Origin: Spirochaetia bacterium
Lineage (GTDB): Bacteria; Spirochaetota; Spirochaetia; DSM-2461
Assembly (NCBI GenBank): GCA_963668315.1
Contig: OY764216.1
Span: forward strand, 768,001-832,000
DNA: 64,000 nucleotides
Direction of reading: 5' to 3'
Shown here: positions 1 through 10,800 of the stretch, one piece after another
Numbering within the stretch: the stretch's first letter is position 1
Layout of the letters: the number at the start of each line of letters is the position of its first letter
Notes under the pieces: model-generated
Database searches by the model: none
What the model saw: the letters and a program-made list of their open reading frames with translations, nothing else
What the model was told of the DNA's origin: nothing
Position numbers and translations under genes: made by a program

Positions 1-50
1 GAAAGGGTAGAAAAAAGCTTTCCATTTCTAATGAAAAGAAACCTTACTAG
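1..50 (+). CDS. rpmH: 50S ribosomal protein L34, 3' end only (5' part outside window)
   Basis: Frame from base 3 reads [18 protein letters not shown](48-50), matching the L34 C-terminus. It lies directly before rnpA and overlaps it by 20 nt. Not in the ORF track. Confidence 0.9.
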   Translation, partial: KGRKKLSISNEKKPY

Positions 51-378
51 AGATGAACGAATCGGAAGCGCTTCCGATTTCAAGAAAATTTTTGCGTCCG
101 CTGCATCAATGTCATGCAGGGGCGCAAAAATTTTTTTTATTCAAAATGACAGGGAATATAACCGGATCGGTATAACGTTACGACGAAAATACGGTAATGC
201 CGTGGAAAGAAATTACGGCCGTCGTATAATGAAAGAATTGTACAGGAATAATAAGAATTCTATTAAACAGGGTTTTGATATAATTTTTATTATCTATCCT
301 GGCAATTATGACTTCAGGGATAGGGAAGAACAGTTTCAAATCCTTATGAGAAGGTCCGGTCTTGTTAAAGGAAATTAA
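31..378 (+). CDS. rnpA: Ribonuclease P protein component
   Basis: [21 protein letters not shown] (RNR-type motif), 115 aa, conserved position after rpmH. Confidence 0.95.
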   Translation: MKRNLTRDERIGSASDFKKIFASAASMSCRGAKIFFIQNDREYNRIGITLRRKYGNAVERNYGRRIMKELYRNNKNSIKQGFDIIFIIYPGNYDFRDREEQFQILMRRSGLVKGN

Positions 379-595
379 TTCGTTTTTGGGCAGAGCATTT
401 CGTTTATTTGTTCTGTTCTATAGAAAGTTCATTTCTCCTTTTTTTCCGAGTAGCTGTCGGTTTACTCCGACCTGTTCAGCCTATACCGCAGAAGCTTTAC
501 AAAAGTATGGATTTGCCAAGGGTATGTATTTAGGAATCAGACGGATACTAAGATGTCATCCCCGCAATCCAGGCGGTTATGATCCGGTTCCCTGA
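362..595 (+). CDS. yidD: Membrane protein insertion efficiency factor YidD
   Basis: [10 protein letters not shown]...RILRCHP...GGYDPVP signature; lies between rnpA and yidC. Confidence 0.95.
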   Translation: MLKEINSFLGRAFRLFVLFYRKFISPFFPSSCRFTPTCSAYTAEALQKYGFAKGMYLGIRRILRCHPRNPGGYDPVP

Positions 596-642
596 CCTTA
601 TTAAAAAAGTTACCCCTTAGCGGGCTTTACACAGGAGTGATA

Positions 643-2448
643 ATGGATAAAAACGTCGTACTGGCCGTTGTTTTAAGTTTTGTTGTGATTATGGGTTTTT
701 CCTTTCTTCAGCAGAGGATGTTCCCTAAAAATGAAATAAGTCAAACCGAAGTTGTGGAAAATCAACCTCAGGAAAACAGCGAAACTGAAGTAACCCTTTC
801 CCAGGATAACGTTGTAAACGGATCCGCCCTATCCGTCAGCAGTGGCGATTACAGCGTCTATGCAAGCGAGGGCCAGGCGCCCGCCGCTTCTCAGATCATC
901 ACCATGAATACGGATCTCTATGAGATACAATTTTCCACCCTGGGCGGTGATATCACTTCCCTGAAGCTGAAAGAGCACGTAGGCGACAACGGGGAACAGG
1001 TTAATATGGTGTATCCCGTTACGGAAAACCGGGCGGCCTTTGAGTTATCCTTCGGAGAAAATTATTCCCGTCCCGTCAGAGACGCATTTTATTTCAAAAA
1101 GACCGGTGATTACGAGTATCATTTTTACCAGTCCTTCGTTATGAACTACAGCGACGGAACTTCCAGCGCCCCCTTCACCATCACAAAGAAGTACCGCTTT
1201 GTTCCCAATGAATATATGATGGAAATGACCGTGGAAATGGAAAATTCCGTAAATGAATATATTCCCCTTAATTATGACGGAATAGCCTATACCCTTACCT
1301 ACGGTCCTCAGATTGGTCCCGACTTTGAGAAGCTGGACGGCCGCTACTATTTCCGTCAGTTCCAGACCTATAAGAATGAAAAGGTTGAGCTGGTTAACCG
1401 GGGTACGAAGAAAAATCAGTTTGTTGTGGACGACTATGTGAACTGGGCTTCTATCAGCGGAAAGTACTTTTCCGTCGCCGCTATTACCGATTCCACGAAA
1501 TATAAAGTCATCTTTGATAACAGAGAGACAGGATCGACCGGTAAGGAAGCGTCCTACATGTCTTTCGCCCGGCCGTCCATCGGCAGTTCGAAGAACAGCG
1601 ACACTTTTCACTTCTATATAGGGCCCAAGGATAAGAGCATCCTCTCCCTCTATAACAACAATCTTGACAACAGTTTCAATTTCTCCAACATGAAGCTGGA
1701 TGAGCTTTCCCAGGCCGGCGGTATACTGGCCCCCATCCAGTGGCTCTTAAAACTGATTATTGAGCTGGTGTACAAGGTCATTCCCAACTATGGTATCGCC
1801 ATTATCATTATGACCCTTCTCATCAAGCTTGTTCTTTTTCCCGTTACCCACAAGAGTTACGAATCGACCGCGAAAATGCAGGAGATTCAGCCTCTCGTCA
1901 AGGAAATACAGGAAAAGTTTAAGGATGATCCCCAGAAACTGAACGGGGAAATGGCAAAAGTGTATAAGGAACAGGGAGTCAGTCCCCTGGGCGGATGTCT
2001 TCCCATGGTGCTCCAGATGCCTATCCTTTTTGCCGTGTACGGTATGCTTAACCGGTATTTTGACCTGCGGGGAGCCGTTTTTATCCCCGGCTGGATCAAT
2101 GACCTTTCCGCTCCCGAATCGGTATGGAATTTTGCTCCCGTAAGCATCCCCTTTAATATCGGAAGCGATTTGCGTCTGCTTCCCATTATTTACGTGGCGA
2201 CTCAGCTGCTGTCCATGAGAATTACTCAGAGCACGCAGACGGCAGGGCAGACGGGAGCCCAGCAGAAAATGATGATGTACGGTATGCCGGCCATGTTCTT
2301 TTTCGTCCTTTACAATGTACCCTCCGGTCTTCTTATCTACTGGATTACCATGAACGTCATGACGACGGCTCAGCAGTATTATATTACCCGCAAGAAGAAG
2401 ATTCAGGACGGTCTGCTAGAGACAAAAAAGAATAAAAAGGGCAAATAA
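643..2448 (+). CDS. yidC: Membrane protein insertase YidC
   Basis: N-terminal TM, large periplasmic domain, NYGIAII, GGCLPMVLQMPI, PSGLLIYW. ATG 643 follows AGGAG at 633-637 (ORF track starts at GTG 637). Confidence 0.97.
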   Translation: MDKNVVLAVVLSFVVIMGFSFLQQRMFPKNEISQTEVVENQPQENSETEVTLSQDNVVNGSALSVSSGDYSVYASEGQAPAASQIITMNTDLYEIQFSTLGGDITSLKLKEHVGDNGEQVNMVYPVTENRAAFELSFGENYSRPVRDAFYFKKTGDYEYHFYQSFVMNYSDGTSSAPFTITKKYRFVPNEYMMEMTVEMENSVNEYIPLNYDGIAYTLTYGPQIGPDFEKLDGRYYFRQFQTYKNEKVELVNRGTKKNQFVVDDYVNWASISGKYFSVAAITDSTKYKVIFDNRETGSTGKEASYMSFARPSIGSSKNSDTFHFYIGPKDKSILSLYNNNLDNSFNFSNMKLDELSQAGGILAPIQWLLKLIIELVYKVIPNYGIAIIIMTLLIKLVLFPVTHKSYESTAKMQEIQPLVKEIQEKFKDDPQKLNGEMAKVYKEQGVSPLGGCLPMVLQMPILFAVYGMLNRYFDLRGAVFIPGWINDLSAPESVWNFAPVSIPFNIGSDLRLLPIIYVATQLLSMRITQSTQTAGQTGAQQKMMMYGMPAMFFFVLYNVPSGLLIYWITMNVMTTAQQYYITRKKKIQDGLLETKKNKKGK

Positions 2449-2490
2449 TATGAGATTGTGCCGGCCTCGGGCCGGTTTCAGGAGATAAAC

Positions 2491-3165
2491 ATGATTAAGG
2501 AATTCGAAGGAAAGACCGAAAAGGACGCCATTCAAAAGGCTGTTTCCGAACTCGGCCTGACGCAGGATCAATTCGAAGTAGAGATCCTGTCGGCGGAAAA
2601 GTCCGGTTTCCTCTTTAAGAAAGGAACGGTACGAATTCGGGCTCATTTTGACGATAGCCAATTTACCTTCAAGGATGAGAGACCCGATCTTGTGCCGGAG
2701 AACGATTTAGAGAAAAAACTGATCGACTTTACCACCAACGTAATTAAAAATATGGGTTATGAAGCCGTTGTCACCCTCAAGGAAAGGGAGCAGGAAAAAC
2801 TGATTTTTTCCATCGAGTCGGAAAATTCAGCGATTATCATCGGCCGCAAGGGTAAAAATATCGACGCCCTTCAGCTCCTGGCTAACGTTTATGAAAGCCG
2901 AATCGCCGGGGGTAAAAGTCAGAATAGAATCATACTGGATGCGGAAAACTATCGCCGCCGCCGGGAAGAGAATCTGATTAAAATAGCCGAGAAAACTGCC
3001 GAAGCCGTGGTAAAAACCAAGTCTTCCAAGCTTCTTGAGCCGATGAATCCCTTTGAGAGAAGGCTGATTCATACGACCCTGAATGACAGGAACGATGTCA
3101 TGACCAAGAGTGAAGGTGAAGGACTTTTCAAGAGAGTCCGGATTATTTACAAGGGTTCGCGCTAG
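2491..3165 (+). CDS. jag: RNA-binding protein Jag/KhpB (Jag_N, KH, R3H)
   Basis: EFEGKTEKDAIQKA, IIGRKGKNIDALQ, PMNPFERRLIH. ATG 2491 follows GGAGA. Confidence 0.95.
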   Translation: MIKEFEGKTEKDAIQKAVSELGLTQDQFEVEILSAEKSGFLFKKGTVRIRAHFDDSQFTFKDERPDLVPENDLEKKLIDFTTNVIKNMGYEAVVTLKEREQEKLIFSIESENSAIIIGRKGKNIDALQLLANVYESRIAGGKSQNRIILDAENYRRRREENLIKIAEKTAEAVVKTKSSKLLEPMNPFERRLIHTTLNDRNDVMTKSEGEGLFKRVRIIYKGSR

Positions 3166-3193
3166 AAATGCGAAAGCGGATAGCGTAAAGATG

Positions 3194-3226
3194 AAAGGGG
3201 CTGCTCTCAGGGAGCAGCCTTTTTTT
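3194..3226. terminator. Intrinsic terminator between convergent jag and lipoprotein gene
   Basis: Stem GGCTGCTC (3199-3206) / GAGCAGCC (3212-3219), followed by a T run at 3220-3226. A short A run on the other side suggests it may work in both directions. Confidence 0.85.
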
Positions 3227-3788
3227 ATGTCTGATAGGGTTCAAAATCGGCCGGAAGATAGTGCCTGCCGTTAATGGCTATGTACGTCATGGCACCGGTT
3301 TTCAAATCAAGGATCAAATCGATATGAGTGATGGATGAATCGGTTACATCAAGAGTGACTGACGCCGTGCCCGAAAGGATTGCCATATTGCTATCAACCA
3401 GCATAGGAAGAATCGTCACTCCTCCTGTGATATTTCCGCTATGATCAGAGAAGGTATAGGAGGAATGAACCTTATTAATCATACGGACTTCATAATTTCC
3501 CGTCGAAAGGGATATTATATCCCCGCCGATGCTGATTGAAGGCTCATTAATGATAAATACCGTATTTGCATGGGTTGTGTCGGTTTCGGTCTTCGCGGCG
3601 GTGAAGGGGGATTTTTCCATTATCTCATCGGGAGAAAGGTAAAAAGACGCGATAATAGCTTCCATTTCGCCGGCCAGTTCATCGGTTACGCGGCCATACT
3701 CCTGTGACGTCGAATCTGACCCACTATCACAGGAACCAAAAAATAGCGTGACGACAGACAGTAGAAAGAGCAAAAATTTTTTTTCCAT
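3225..3788 (-). CDS. Hypothetical lipoprotein
   Basis: MEKK plus hydrophobic core plus FFGS-C lipobox, Ser-rich tether, AGGA upstream. Confidence 0.75.
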   Translation of the reverse strand: MEKKFLLFLLSVVTLFFGSCDSGSDSTSQEYGRVTDELAGEMEAIIASFYLSPDEIMEKSPFTAAKTETDTTHANTVFIINEPSISIGGDIISLSTGNYEVRMINKVHSSYTFSDHSGNITGGVTILPMLVDSNMAILSGTASVTLDVTDSSITHIDLILDLKTGAMTYIAINGRHYLPADFEPYQT

Positions 3789-3889
3789 AATACATCCTGT
3801 AAGTGAAATATCTGGAAAAATATATACCCCATTATTATTAATGGAAATAGATTTTTGCCATTAATAAAGATTATTTTGAGATATTGAAA

Positions 3890-4291
3890 TTAGAGATTTG
3901 ATAGAAATTCTTCTTTTTGACTGCGCAGGACTTCCTTTTTGGGAAGTTCACGTTTTTTACCCGATTCATCAATGCTGACAAAGGTCACCTTGTTTTCGAA
4001 TACCAAGCTCTCCTTGTCTTCACCGGGTGAGTCGGCAAAAACATTCACCATATAGGTGATGCTGCTGGTTCCCTGGTTGCAGGGCAGGATATGAAAGCGG
4101 AGAATGGATCCGTTGGGAACGGCTTTTTCAAAACTGATTTTGTCCATCGCCCGGGTGACCAGTTTATAGCCGGGAAAATCCCGGGAAGCGGTGAGCCAGG
4201 CGAATTCATCGACCCAGCTGAGCATCTGTCCCCCGAAAAGGTTATCGTGCTGATTTAGGTGTTCGAACCGGACAATGGTATAGTTATTCAT
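3890..4291 (-). CDS. Acyl-CoA thioesterase (hotdog fold, YciA-like)
   Basis: HLNQHDNLFGGQMLSWVDE motif; VTFVSIDESGK. Confidence 0.9.
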   Translation of the reverse strand: MNNYTIVRFEHLNQHDNLFGGQMLSWVDEFAWLTASRDFPGYKLVTRAMDKISFEKAVPNGSILRFHILPCNQGTSSITYMVNVFADSPGEDKESLVFENKVTFVSIDESGKKRELPKKEVLRSQKEEFLSNL

Positions 4292-4297
4292 GGGAAA

Positions 4298-4326
4298 AAC
4301 CTACCATCGTCCGGATAACTTGTCAA
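4298..4326 (-). promoter_or_regulatory. Sigma70-type promoter for thioesterase (leaderless)
   Basis: TTGACA, 17 nt (ending TGG), TAGGTT, then ATG 6 nt later with no Shine-Dalgarno. Confidence 0.65.
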
Positions 4327-4351
4327 TTATGATTTGTATACTTGAAAAAAT

Positions 4352-4396
4352 AAAAAAAAAGGACTATTGCCTATACCAATAATGCAATAGTCCTTT
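4352..4396 (-). terminator. Intrinsic terminator after lipoprotein gene 4428-5120
   Basis: 13-bp inverted repeat AAAGGACTATTGC (4358-4370) / GCAATAGTCCTTT (4384-4396), with a U tract on the minus strand (A run 4352-4360). Confidence 0.8.
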
Positions 4397-4427
4397 CATT
4401 AATAAGTTAATTTATATCTATCTAGTT

Positions 4428-5120
4428 TTATTCATCAGCTTCAATGAAAGACTGAAAATCTGCAATATTATAGGTGTTATTACCAATGGTAAAAGTGCCT
4501 TTAGCACTCTTAAATGAATCATCCGAAGCGTCCATTACCAAAGTAAAGTCAAAATCAACATCTGAAATATCAGAAAATCCACTGATTGTATAATCTCCCG
4601 TTGCACTCATGGTAATAGTACCAGTCATATTCTCATTCTGATCAGATGTAGTATCCATGGACATTGTTAAAGAACTTGTACCGGATAATGTTCCACTGGT
4701 GGTATAACCCTTACTATCAGTGAAGGAAATTGCTGAATTAGATAAAGTCATAGAAAATACCATATCCATATCCATTGTCACTATTCCAGTATTTATATCA
4801 TAAGACATTGAGTTAATAGTCAAAGTACAATTATAATCACTTCCATTATAAGTATATGTGCTTGTTCCTCCTTGGTAAGAATTCATTGAATTATTAAAAA
4901 AAGTGGCAAAAGCAGAATCATGATCATCCAAATCTTCAGTCACATCCATTTGAGTACCTAAAAAGACACTAGCCAGATCATAGAGCTCCTGCGATACTGT
5001 ACCGTCATTTATGGCTGTGAAGTCGGTCGGTGCAGGAGCTGAATTACCACTAGCATCTTCGCAAGAAAAGAAAGTAATAGACATGGCTACTACTAAAAAA
5101 AGAACAACGAGTTTTTTCAT
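4428..5120 (-). CDS. Hypothetical lipoprotein (AT-rich gene, Ser/Thr/Asp-rich)
   Basis: MKKLVVLFLVVAMSITFFS-C lipobox; AGGAGA upstream. Confidence 0.8.
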   Translation of the reverse strand: MKKLVVLFLVVAMSITFFSCEDASGNSAPAPTDFTAINDGTVSQELYDLASVFLGTQMDVTEDLDDHDSAFATFFNNSMNSYQGGTSTYTYNGSDYNCTLTINSMSYDINTGIVTMDMDMVFSMTLSNSAISFTDSKGYTTSGTLSGTSSLTMSMDTTSDQNENMTGTITMSATGDYTISGFSDISDVDFDFTLVMDASDDSFKSAKGTFTIGNNTYNIADFQSFIEADE

Positions 5121-5226
5121 TTGATTCTCCTATTCAATTAGAAATATTGTATTTATGTATACTCTATCACTAATAAAATGAATTTACAGTCATAAAAAAA
5201 AATATGATAAAAATGTGTTTACATAT

Positions 5227-5269
5227 TCAAAGAATATGACCTTTAATGCTGAAGAATCATATTCTTTGA
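5227..5269. repeat. 13-bp perfect inverted repeat just downstream of pdxT (terminator or operator)
   Basis: TCAAAGAATATGA (5227-5239), 17-nt spacer, TCATATTCTTTGA (5257-5269). Confidence 0.6.
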
Positions 5270-5273
5270 GTAT

Positions 5274-5900
5274 TTAAAGTTTGTAAAGGTCAAACTTCTT
5301 ATCAAATTCCAGACTAACCGGGAGAAGTTCCGTTTTGGATGATGCCACTGTTTCCAGAAAATACCGATGGATCCCCGTGTAGCCGGTCAGTTCCGGATGG
5401 AAACTGGCGGCCAGGCAGTTATTTTGTCGTACCAATACGGGGACTTCTTCATGGCTGGCCATCACGTCCGTATTTTCCCCCAATGAGTGGATGCGAGGGG
5501 CTCGGATGAACAGGGCGGGTACGGTATCTCCTCCCCAGATCAAATCCGTTTCGAAGCTGTCCTTTTGCCGTCCATAGGCGTTACGTGTCACACGGTAATC
5601 CATAGCCGACAGAGTAGGCTGATCGGAATTCTCCACACCCGAGGAGAGCATTATCATACCGGCGCAGGTTCCGAAAACGGGAAGTCCCTCACTGATCAAG
5701 CGGGACAGATCGTCCCACATATCCATTCTCTGCAGAAGACGATACATCACGGTGCTCTCTCCGCCGGGAATAATGAGACAGCTGATGCGGTTAAGTTCCT
5801 GCCGGCATTTTACAAGCAGAGGCTTGTAACCCAGGTTTTTCAAAACACCTTCGTGGGCGGCAAAGCCGCCCTGAAGGGCCAGTATTCCCGGCCTTTCCAT
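5274..5900 (-). CDS. pdxT: PLP synthase glutaminase subunit PdxT
   Basis: GILALQG, IPGGEST, FGTCAGMI, FIRAP, SFHPELT; start overlaps the pdxS stop. Confidence 0.97.
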   Translation of the reverse strand: MERPGILALQGGFAAHEGVLKNLGYKPLLVKCRQELNRISCLIIPGGESTVMYRLLQRMDMWDDLSRLISEGLPVFGTCAGMIMLSSGVENSDQPTLSAMDYRVTRNAYGRQKDSFETDLIWGGDTVPALFIRAPRIHSLGENTDVMASHEEVPVLVRQNNCLAASFHPELTGYTGIHRYFLETVASSKTELLPVSLEFDKKFDLYKL

Positions 5901-6805
5901 TACCAGCCCCGTCCGGCCATACGCTGTTCAGGAAGAAGTTCATCCATACCGATTCCGGTCATGGGAAGCCCCAGATTACGGGAAACCCTGGCCAAAGTCT
6001 CGGGATCCTCATAACGGGTGACCGCTTCGACAATCGCTGCCGCCCGCTTCGCGGGATTCTCCGATTTGAATATGCCCGAACCGACAAAAACCGCCTCTGC
6101 CCCCAGCTGCATCATCAGAGCCGCATCGGCCGGAGTGGCCACCCCGCCGGCGGAGAAATTGGGGACGGGTAATTTTCCTCTGACCGCCACTTCCAGAACA
6201 AGCTCATAGGGCGCGCCCATTTCCTTGGCCACGGTCATAAGGGTTTCCCTGGGAAGAGCCGTAATCCGGGCGATATCCTCCCTGAGGGTTCTCATATGTC
6301 TTACCGCTTCGGATATGTCTCCCGTACCGGCTTCGCCTTTGGTGCGGATCATGGCGGCTCCTTCCCCTATGCGCCTGAGGGCTTCGCCCAGATTCCGGCA
6401 GCCGCAGACGAAGGGAACGGTGAAATCGTCCTTGAGAATATGATAACGGTCATCCGCAGGGGTAAGGACTTCCGACTCGTCGATGAAGTCTATTTCCAGG
6501 GATTCGAGAATACTTGCTTCGGTGAAATGTCCTATCCGGCATTTAGCCATAACCGGTATGGTCACGGCGTTCTGAATCCCGATAATCATCTCGGGATCGG
6601 ACATGCGCGCCACGCCCCCGTCCTTGCGGATATCCGCCGGTACTCTTTCCAGGGCCATGACAGCCGCCGCTCCGGCTTCTTCGGCAATTCGTGCCTGCTC
6701 GGGAGTCACCACGTCCATAATGACGCCTCCCTTCAGCATTTCTGCCAATCCCACTTTACTTTTCCATGTTGCCGTCCGTTTTTCGGACCAGGTCTGTTCG
6801 CTCAT
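5900..6805 (-). CDS. pdxS: PLP synthase lyase subunit PdxS
   Basis: [49 protein letters not shown]-terminal RGW. Confidence 0.98.
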   Translation of the reverse strand: MSEQTWSEKRTATWKSKVGLAEMLKGGVIMDVVTPEQARIAEEAGAAAVMALERVPADIRKDGGVARMSDPEMIIGIQNAVTIPVMAKCRIGHFTEASILESLEIDFIDESEVLTPADDRYHILKDDFTVPFVCGCRNLGEALRRIGEGAAMIRTKGEAGTGDISEAVRHMRTLREDIARITALPRETLMTVAKEMGAPYELVLEVAVRGKLPVPNFSAGGVATPADAALMMQLGAEAVFVGSGIFKSENPAKRAAAIVEAVTRYEDPETLARVSRNLGLPMTGIGMDELLPEQRMAGRGW

Positions 6806-6824
6806 CGCGTCCTCCAGCCTTGTA

Positions 6825-7598
6825 TCAACCCAGATTCAGTTTTCTGATTTCCTCCAGACCCAAAAGGACAAGTTCGGGGACGATTTTATCGAATAGATGG
6901 TACTTTTCATAAAGCCCGGCATGTTCACCCGTGGCTATTACGGTGACATTCTGCTCGGCAAAGCATTCGCGCGACAGGCGGTTAATCAGCTCCTTGAGCA
7001 TACCCAAAGTGCCGAAGAACAAGCCGCTTTGAATCCCGCTGACCGTGTTTCTGCCGCAGACTTTGGAGACGGGCTGTATTTCCACCACAGGAAGCCGGGC
7101 CGTACGGTCTGCAAGTGCTTCCATGGCTATATCCAGTCCCGGAATAAGACAGCCTCCCAGATATTCCCGGTCCCTGCTGACGGCGCACAAACTCGTCGCC
7201 GTGCCGAAATCGACAATAATGAGATTATTTCCCGGAGAAAGGCTTAGCGCCGCGGCGGCGTTGGCGATCAGGTCGGCACCCAGCTCTGAGTGGTTGGTGT
7301 ACTTCACCTGCAGTCCGCTTTTCACACCGGCTCGTAAAGTCAAAGCCTGAAGATGAAAGTAGTCCCGGCAGCATCGCTCAATCTCGCCGTTCAGCTCGGG
7401 AACGACGGAACAGAAGACAAATGCCTCCAGATCTTCTTTTTGGAAATTTTTCACAGCAAGCCATTGCAGGAGAAAGAGTCCTATCTCGTCTGCTGTCGAG
7501 CGGGGGGAGGTTTCTTTATGGAATGTTCCTAATACCTTGCCCTTGTGAATCATTCCGCCGAAAAGACGGGAACTTCCCACATCCAATGCCAAAGTCAT
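6825..7598 (-). CDS. coaX: Type III pantothenate kinase
   Basis: [48 protein letters not shown]. Confidence 0.9.
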   Translation of the reverse strand: MTLALDVGSSRLFGGMIHKGKVLGTFHKETSPRSTADEIGLFLLQWLAVKNFQKEDLEAFVFCSVVPELNGEIERCCRDYFHLQALTLRAGVKSGLQVKYTNHSELGADLIANAAAALSLSPGNNLIIVDFGTATSLCAVSRDREYLGGCLIPGLDIAMEALADRTARLPVVEIQPVSKVCGRNTVSGIQSGLFFGTLGMLKELINRLSRECFAEQNVTVIATGEHAGLYEKYHLFDKIVPELVLLGLEEIRKLNLG

Positions 7599-7690
7599 CA
7601 GTACCTGTCCTTCTGAATCAAGTCTGAATTGATTAAGATTAGTTAGTTTACGGCCGGTACCGTTCGTTAAGAATCGATTCGGCCGGGGTT

Positions 7691-7720
7691 ATAGTAATCC
7701 CGGCGGTAAAAAAAAGTCAA
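7691..7720 (-). promoter_or_regulatory. Putative sigma70 promoter of coaX-pdxS-pdxT
   Basis: TTGACT (7720-7715), 18 nt, TACTAT (7696-7691). Confidence 0.5.
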
Positions 7721-7825
7721 TGTGGAGGATAATTTAAAATCAGAAATGGATTTTTTTCATTTATGTATATATTATGTGTCATATTTGTGTAGAACATGTG
7801 AATGTCTATATAGTAAGGATAAAAA

Positions 7826-10800
7826 ATGAGAATAATAATAAAAGGAATTCTAGCGCTTCTTTTCCTGGCTCTGCTATCCGGATGTCCGGACGGTATGATC
7901 GGCTTGGGAGATAAGGTTGATCTGGATCCCCCTTCTTTAGTCATAGGCAGTTACGAGGACGGAACGCCCATCTCCAACGGAGATTACGTGCGGGGAACGA
8001 TCCTTCTGTCCGGTTCCGTCTCAGACGATACCGGCGTCAAATCGGTGAGAATCTCCGTGGAAGGGGCGGATGCCTCCATAGATGCGACCCTTGGCGGCGA
8101 CGGCACTTCCTGGAGCGCCCCTGTCGATACGGCCCGCTACGGGGACGGGGAGAAGGAAATTCTCCTTACCGTCACCGATAAAGCACCCGAACCCCGGACA
8201 TATGAGACCCGCCTTCTTCTCTTTTTTGATAATACCCCGCCGGTCGTGCTGGTTAAGGAACCGTCGGGATACGAATCCACCGATTTTACGGACAGCATTA
8301 TTTCTCTCAAGGGGGAAGCTTCCGATCCCTTCCGGGTCAGAAGGGTCGATGTCAGCCTGGAGGGGGGATCGGGCAGTCTGGGGGATGTGGAAGGAACCAA
8401 TACCTGGAACTGCACCTTTGAGAGTCCCGGGACCGGATCCTATATCTTTAGAGTTTCGGCGGAGGATTACGCGGGAAACGTGAGCACTCATTTTTATCAT
8501 TACGATGATATTCTTACGGCCGACGGCAATGTGTATATGACGCCCGAGGAGATTTACGACGTGGAAAATGGGGTGGCTGGGAAAAATATAACCCCAAGCG
8601 GACTTAAGGCCCTCGAGCTGGACGAAATGACACTTTCGATCAGTATGGAGCTGGATAATCCGGATATAACCATCAGCAATCCCGATCCCTCAGCTCTTGT
8701 GGTGGATAACGTTATGTCCGGTTCCGCCAAATTTCTCGGCTCCGTTTCCGATGACGACGGGGTGGATACCTCTACGCTGGAAATCCGCTTTGACAACGGT
8801 TTCTGGGAGCCTGTAGGCCGTGTGAACGGTTCGGGAAGATTCGTGACCTGGACCCATACCAGGACTTATACTTCTTCGGGGGACCACTATTTTCAGATTC
8901 GTGTTGACGATATCTACGGGGTGTCTCAGCTTTCTCCCCTCGTGAATTTCCGCATTAACGTGGATGCCGCCAAGGTGGATATCGATTTTCCGGCCATGAG
9001 CCAGTATCTGAACGTCTCCGATTACACGATCACCGGCACAGCTCTGGATACGGGAGGCGGCGTCACAGATCTGCAGATAAGCCTGGACGAGGGCTCGACC
9101 TGGAACGAAGTGGACACAACGCCCTCCCTTCCCAGCGAAAGCGTCAGCTGGTCCTACCGTGTCGAGGGAGGGGAGCAAGGCTCTATTCCCGTAAAGATGC
9201 GGGCCAGCGATGATTCGGGGGGCACCTGGTCCTATACGAATGTGCAGTACACCGTGGATACGACCGCACCCATCACTTCTTTTGTCTCCCCCGCCGGCGG
9301 CAGTTATGTCAATGGCGATGTGACCTTGCGCGGCAGCTGCACCGATAACAATCAGCTGGCGTCGGTCCGTCTGAAGATCGGGGACGATCCGGCGGAGCCA
9401 TGGATAGATATTGATGAGCAGGATCTGTACAGCTGGACCTATACCTTTGCTTCGGATGATTACGAAAACGGGACCGCCGGCGACGAAACGGCGCCGGGGA
9501 GCGGAGTTTACGCCGTTAACTGTTATATTGAGGCGACGGACAAAGCCGGAAACGTAAAGGTTACGCCTTCCGGTGCCTTTGTACTGAATATCGATAATGA
9601 GCTCGATAAGCCTTCGGTCACGGTGATTTCTCCCCGGTCCGGAGACAGTGTGGGCGGTTCGGTTCTCCTGACGGGAACGTCCTATGACGATGACGGAGAG
9701 GTATACGGCGTTTATGTGCAGCTGGACGTTAACACTCCCCCGGGAGGGGAGCCCGATTTCGCCGATAAAGTAAGCCTGAGCGGAGGCGGTATTGATTTTG
9801 ACGGATCGGGAAGTTCCTCACCCGTGACGTTGCTGGACGAGACGAAAGCCTACCTGGCAGAGGGCTCCTCTCCCTGGAGCGTTTCGCTGAACAGTTCCGG
9901 TGAGCTTTACAGCACCGAAGCGGGGCACAGCGGGGATATTTACGCCCGGATCTGGGCCGTGGACAAGGACGGGGGCGCAGACAGCGTGGCCGGAGATGTG
10001 CAGACGCTCCATTTTCGCTTTGACGATACGATTCCGGTTATCGGGGAATTGACGCCTTCCACCGAATCCTACGTAAAGGATACCTTTACCATAGAAGGAA
10101 ATCTGTCCGACGAGACGCAGATTAAGCATCTGGAAGTCAGTTACGACGGGGGAACTTCCTATCATTATATTATAAAGGACGGCACCGTTCAGCCGGGTTA
10201 CTCGGGAGCCGGATCCGCTGTGAACACCGATTATGCCATCAGCCTGCCGGTCAATACGGCTTCCATTCCCGATGTCGGCGGCGTCACGAGCGATGATATC
10301 CTGATTCGCTTCAAAGCGACGGATAATACGAACTATCAATCACAGGAATCGCTGGTTTATTATGTGGACAACAATCTGCCCACGGCTTGGATGACTCAGG
10401 ATACCTCGGATATTTACGGAAGCGGAGACAATGGGCTATTTACCGGTTTCGCCGATGATGAGGGAACGGTCAGCGGCGTGGAAAGAGTTGTTCTTTACAT
10501 AGAGAAGGACGGTTTCTTCTACGATCAGAAGGACGGAACAGCCGCCGCGCTGACGACGGAAGAGATTAATGGCAGTGATACTCCCTTTCCTTCCGATCCG
10601 GATTATCTCATGACCATCGATTCCACCGTGGAAACCCTATCGGGAAGCAATTCCGACGGGGACGGACTGGAGGAGGAGCTGAACGTCGGCTCTTTCTATG
10701 AGTGGAAGGCCCGCATTAATTCGACGAATATTCCGGACGGAGTCGCCACGCTTCACTATGTGGCTTACGACCGGGCGCAGAACAGGGTACACGGCAGTCA

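Noticed and set aside
7717..7944. 75-aa ORF across the divergent promoter region
   Set aside because: Overlaps the lipoprotein start antisense and runs through AT-rich promoter DNA.
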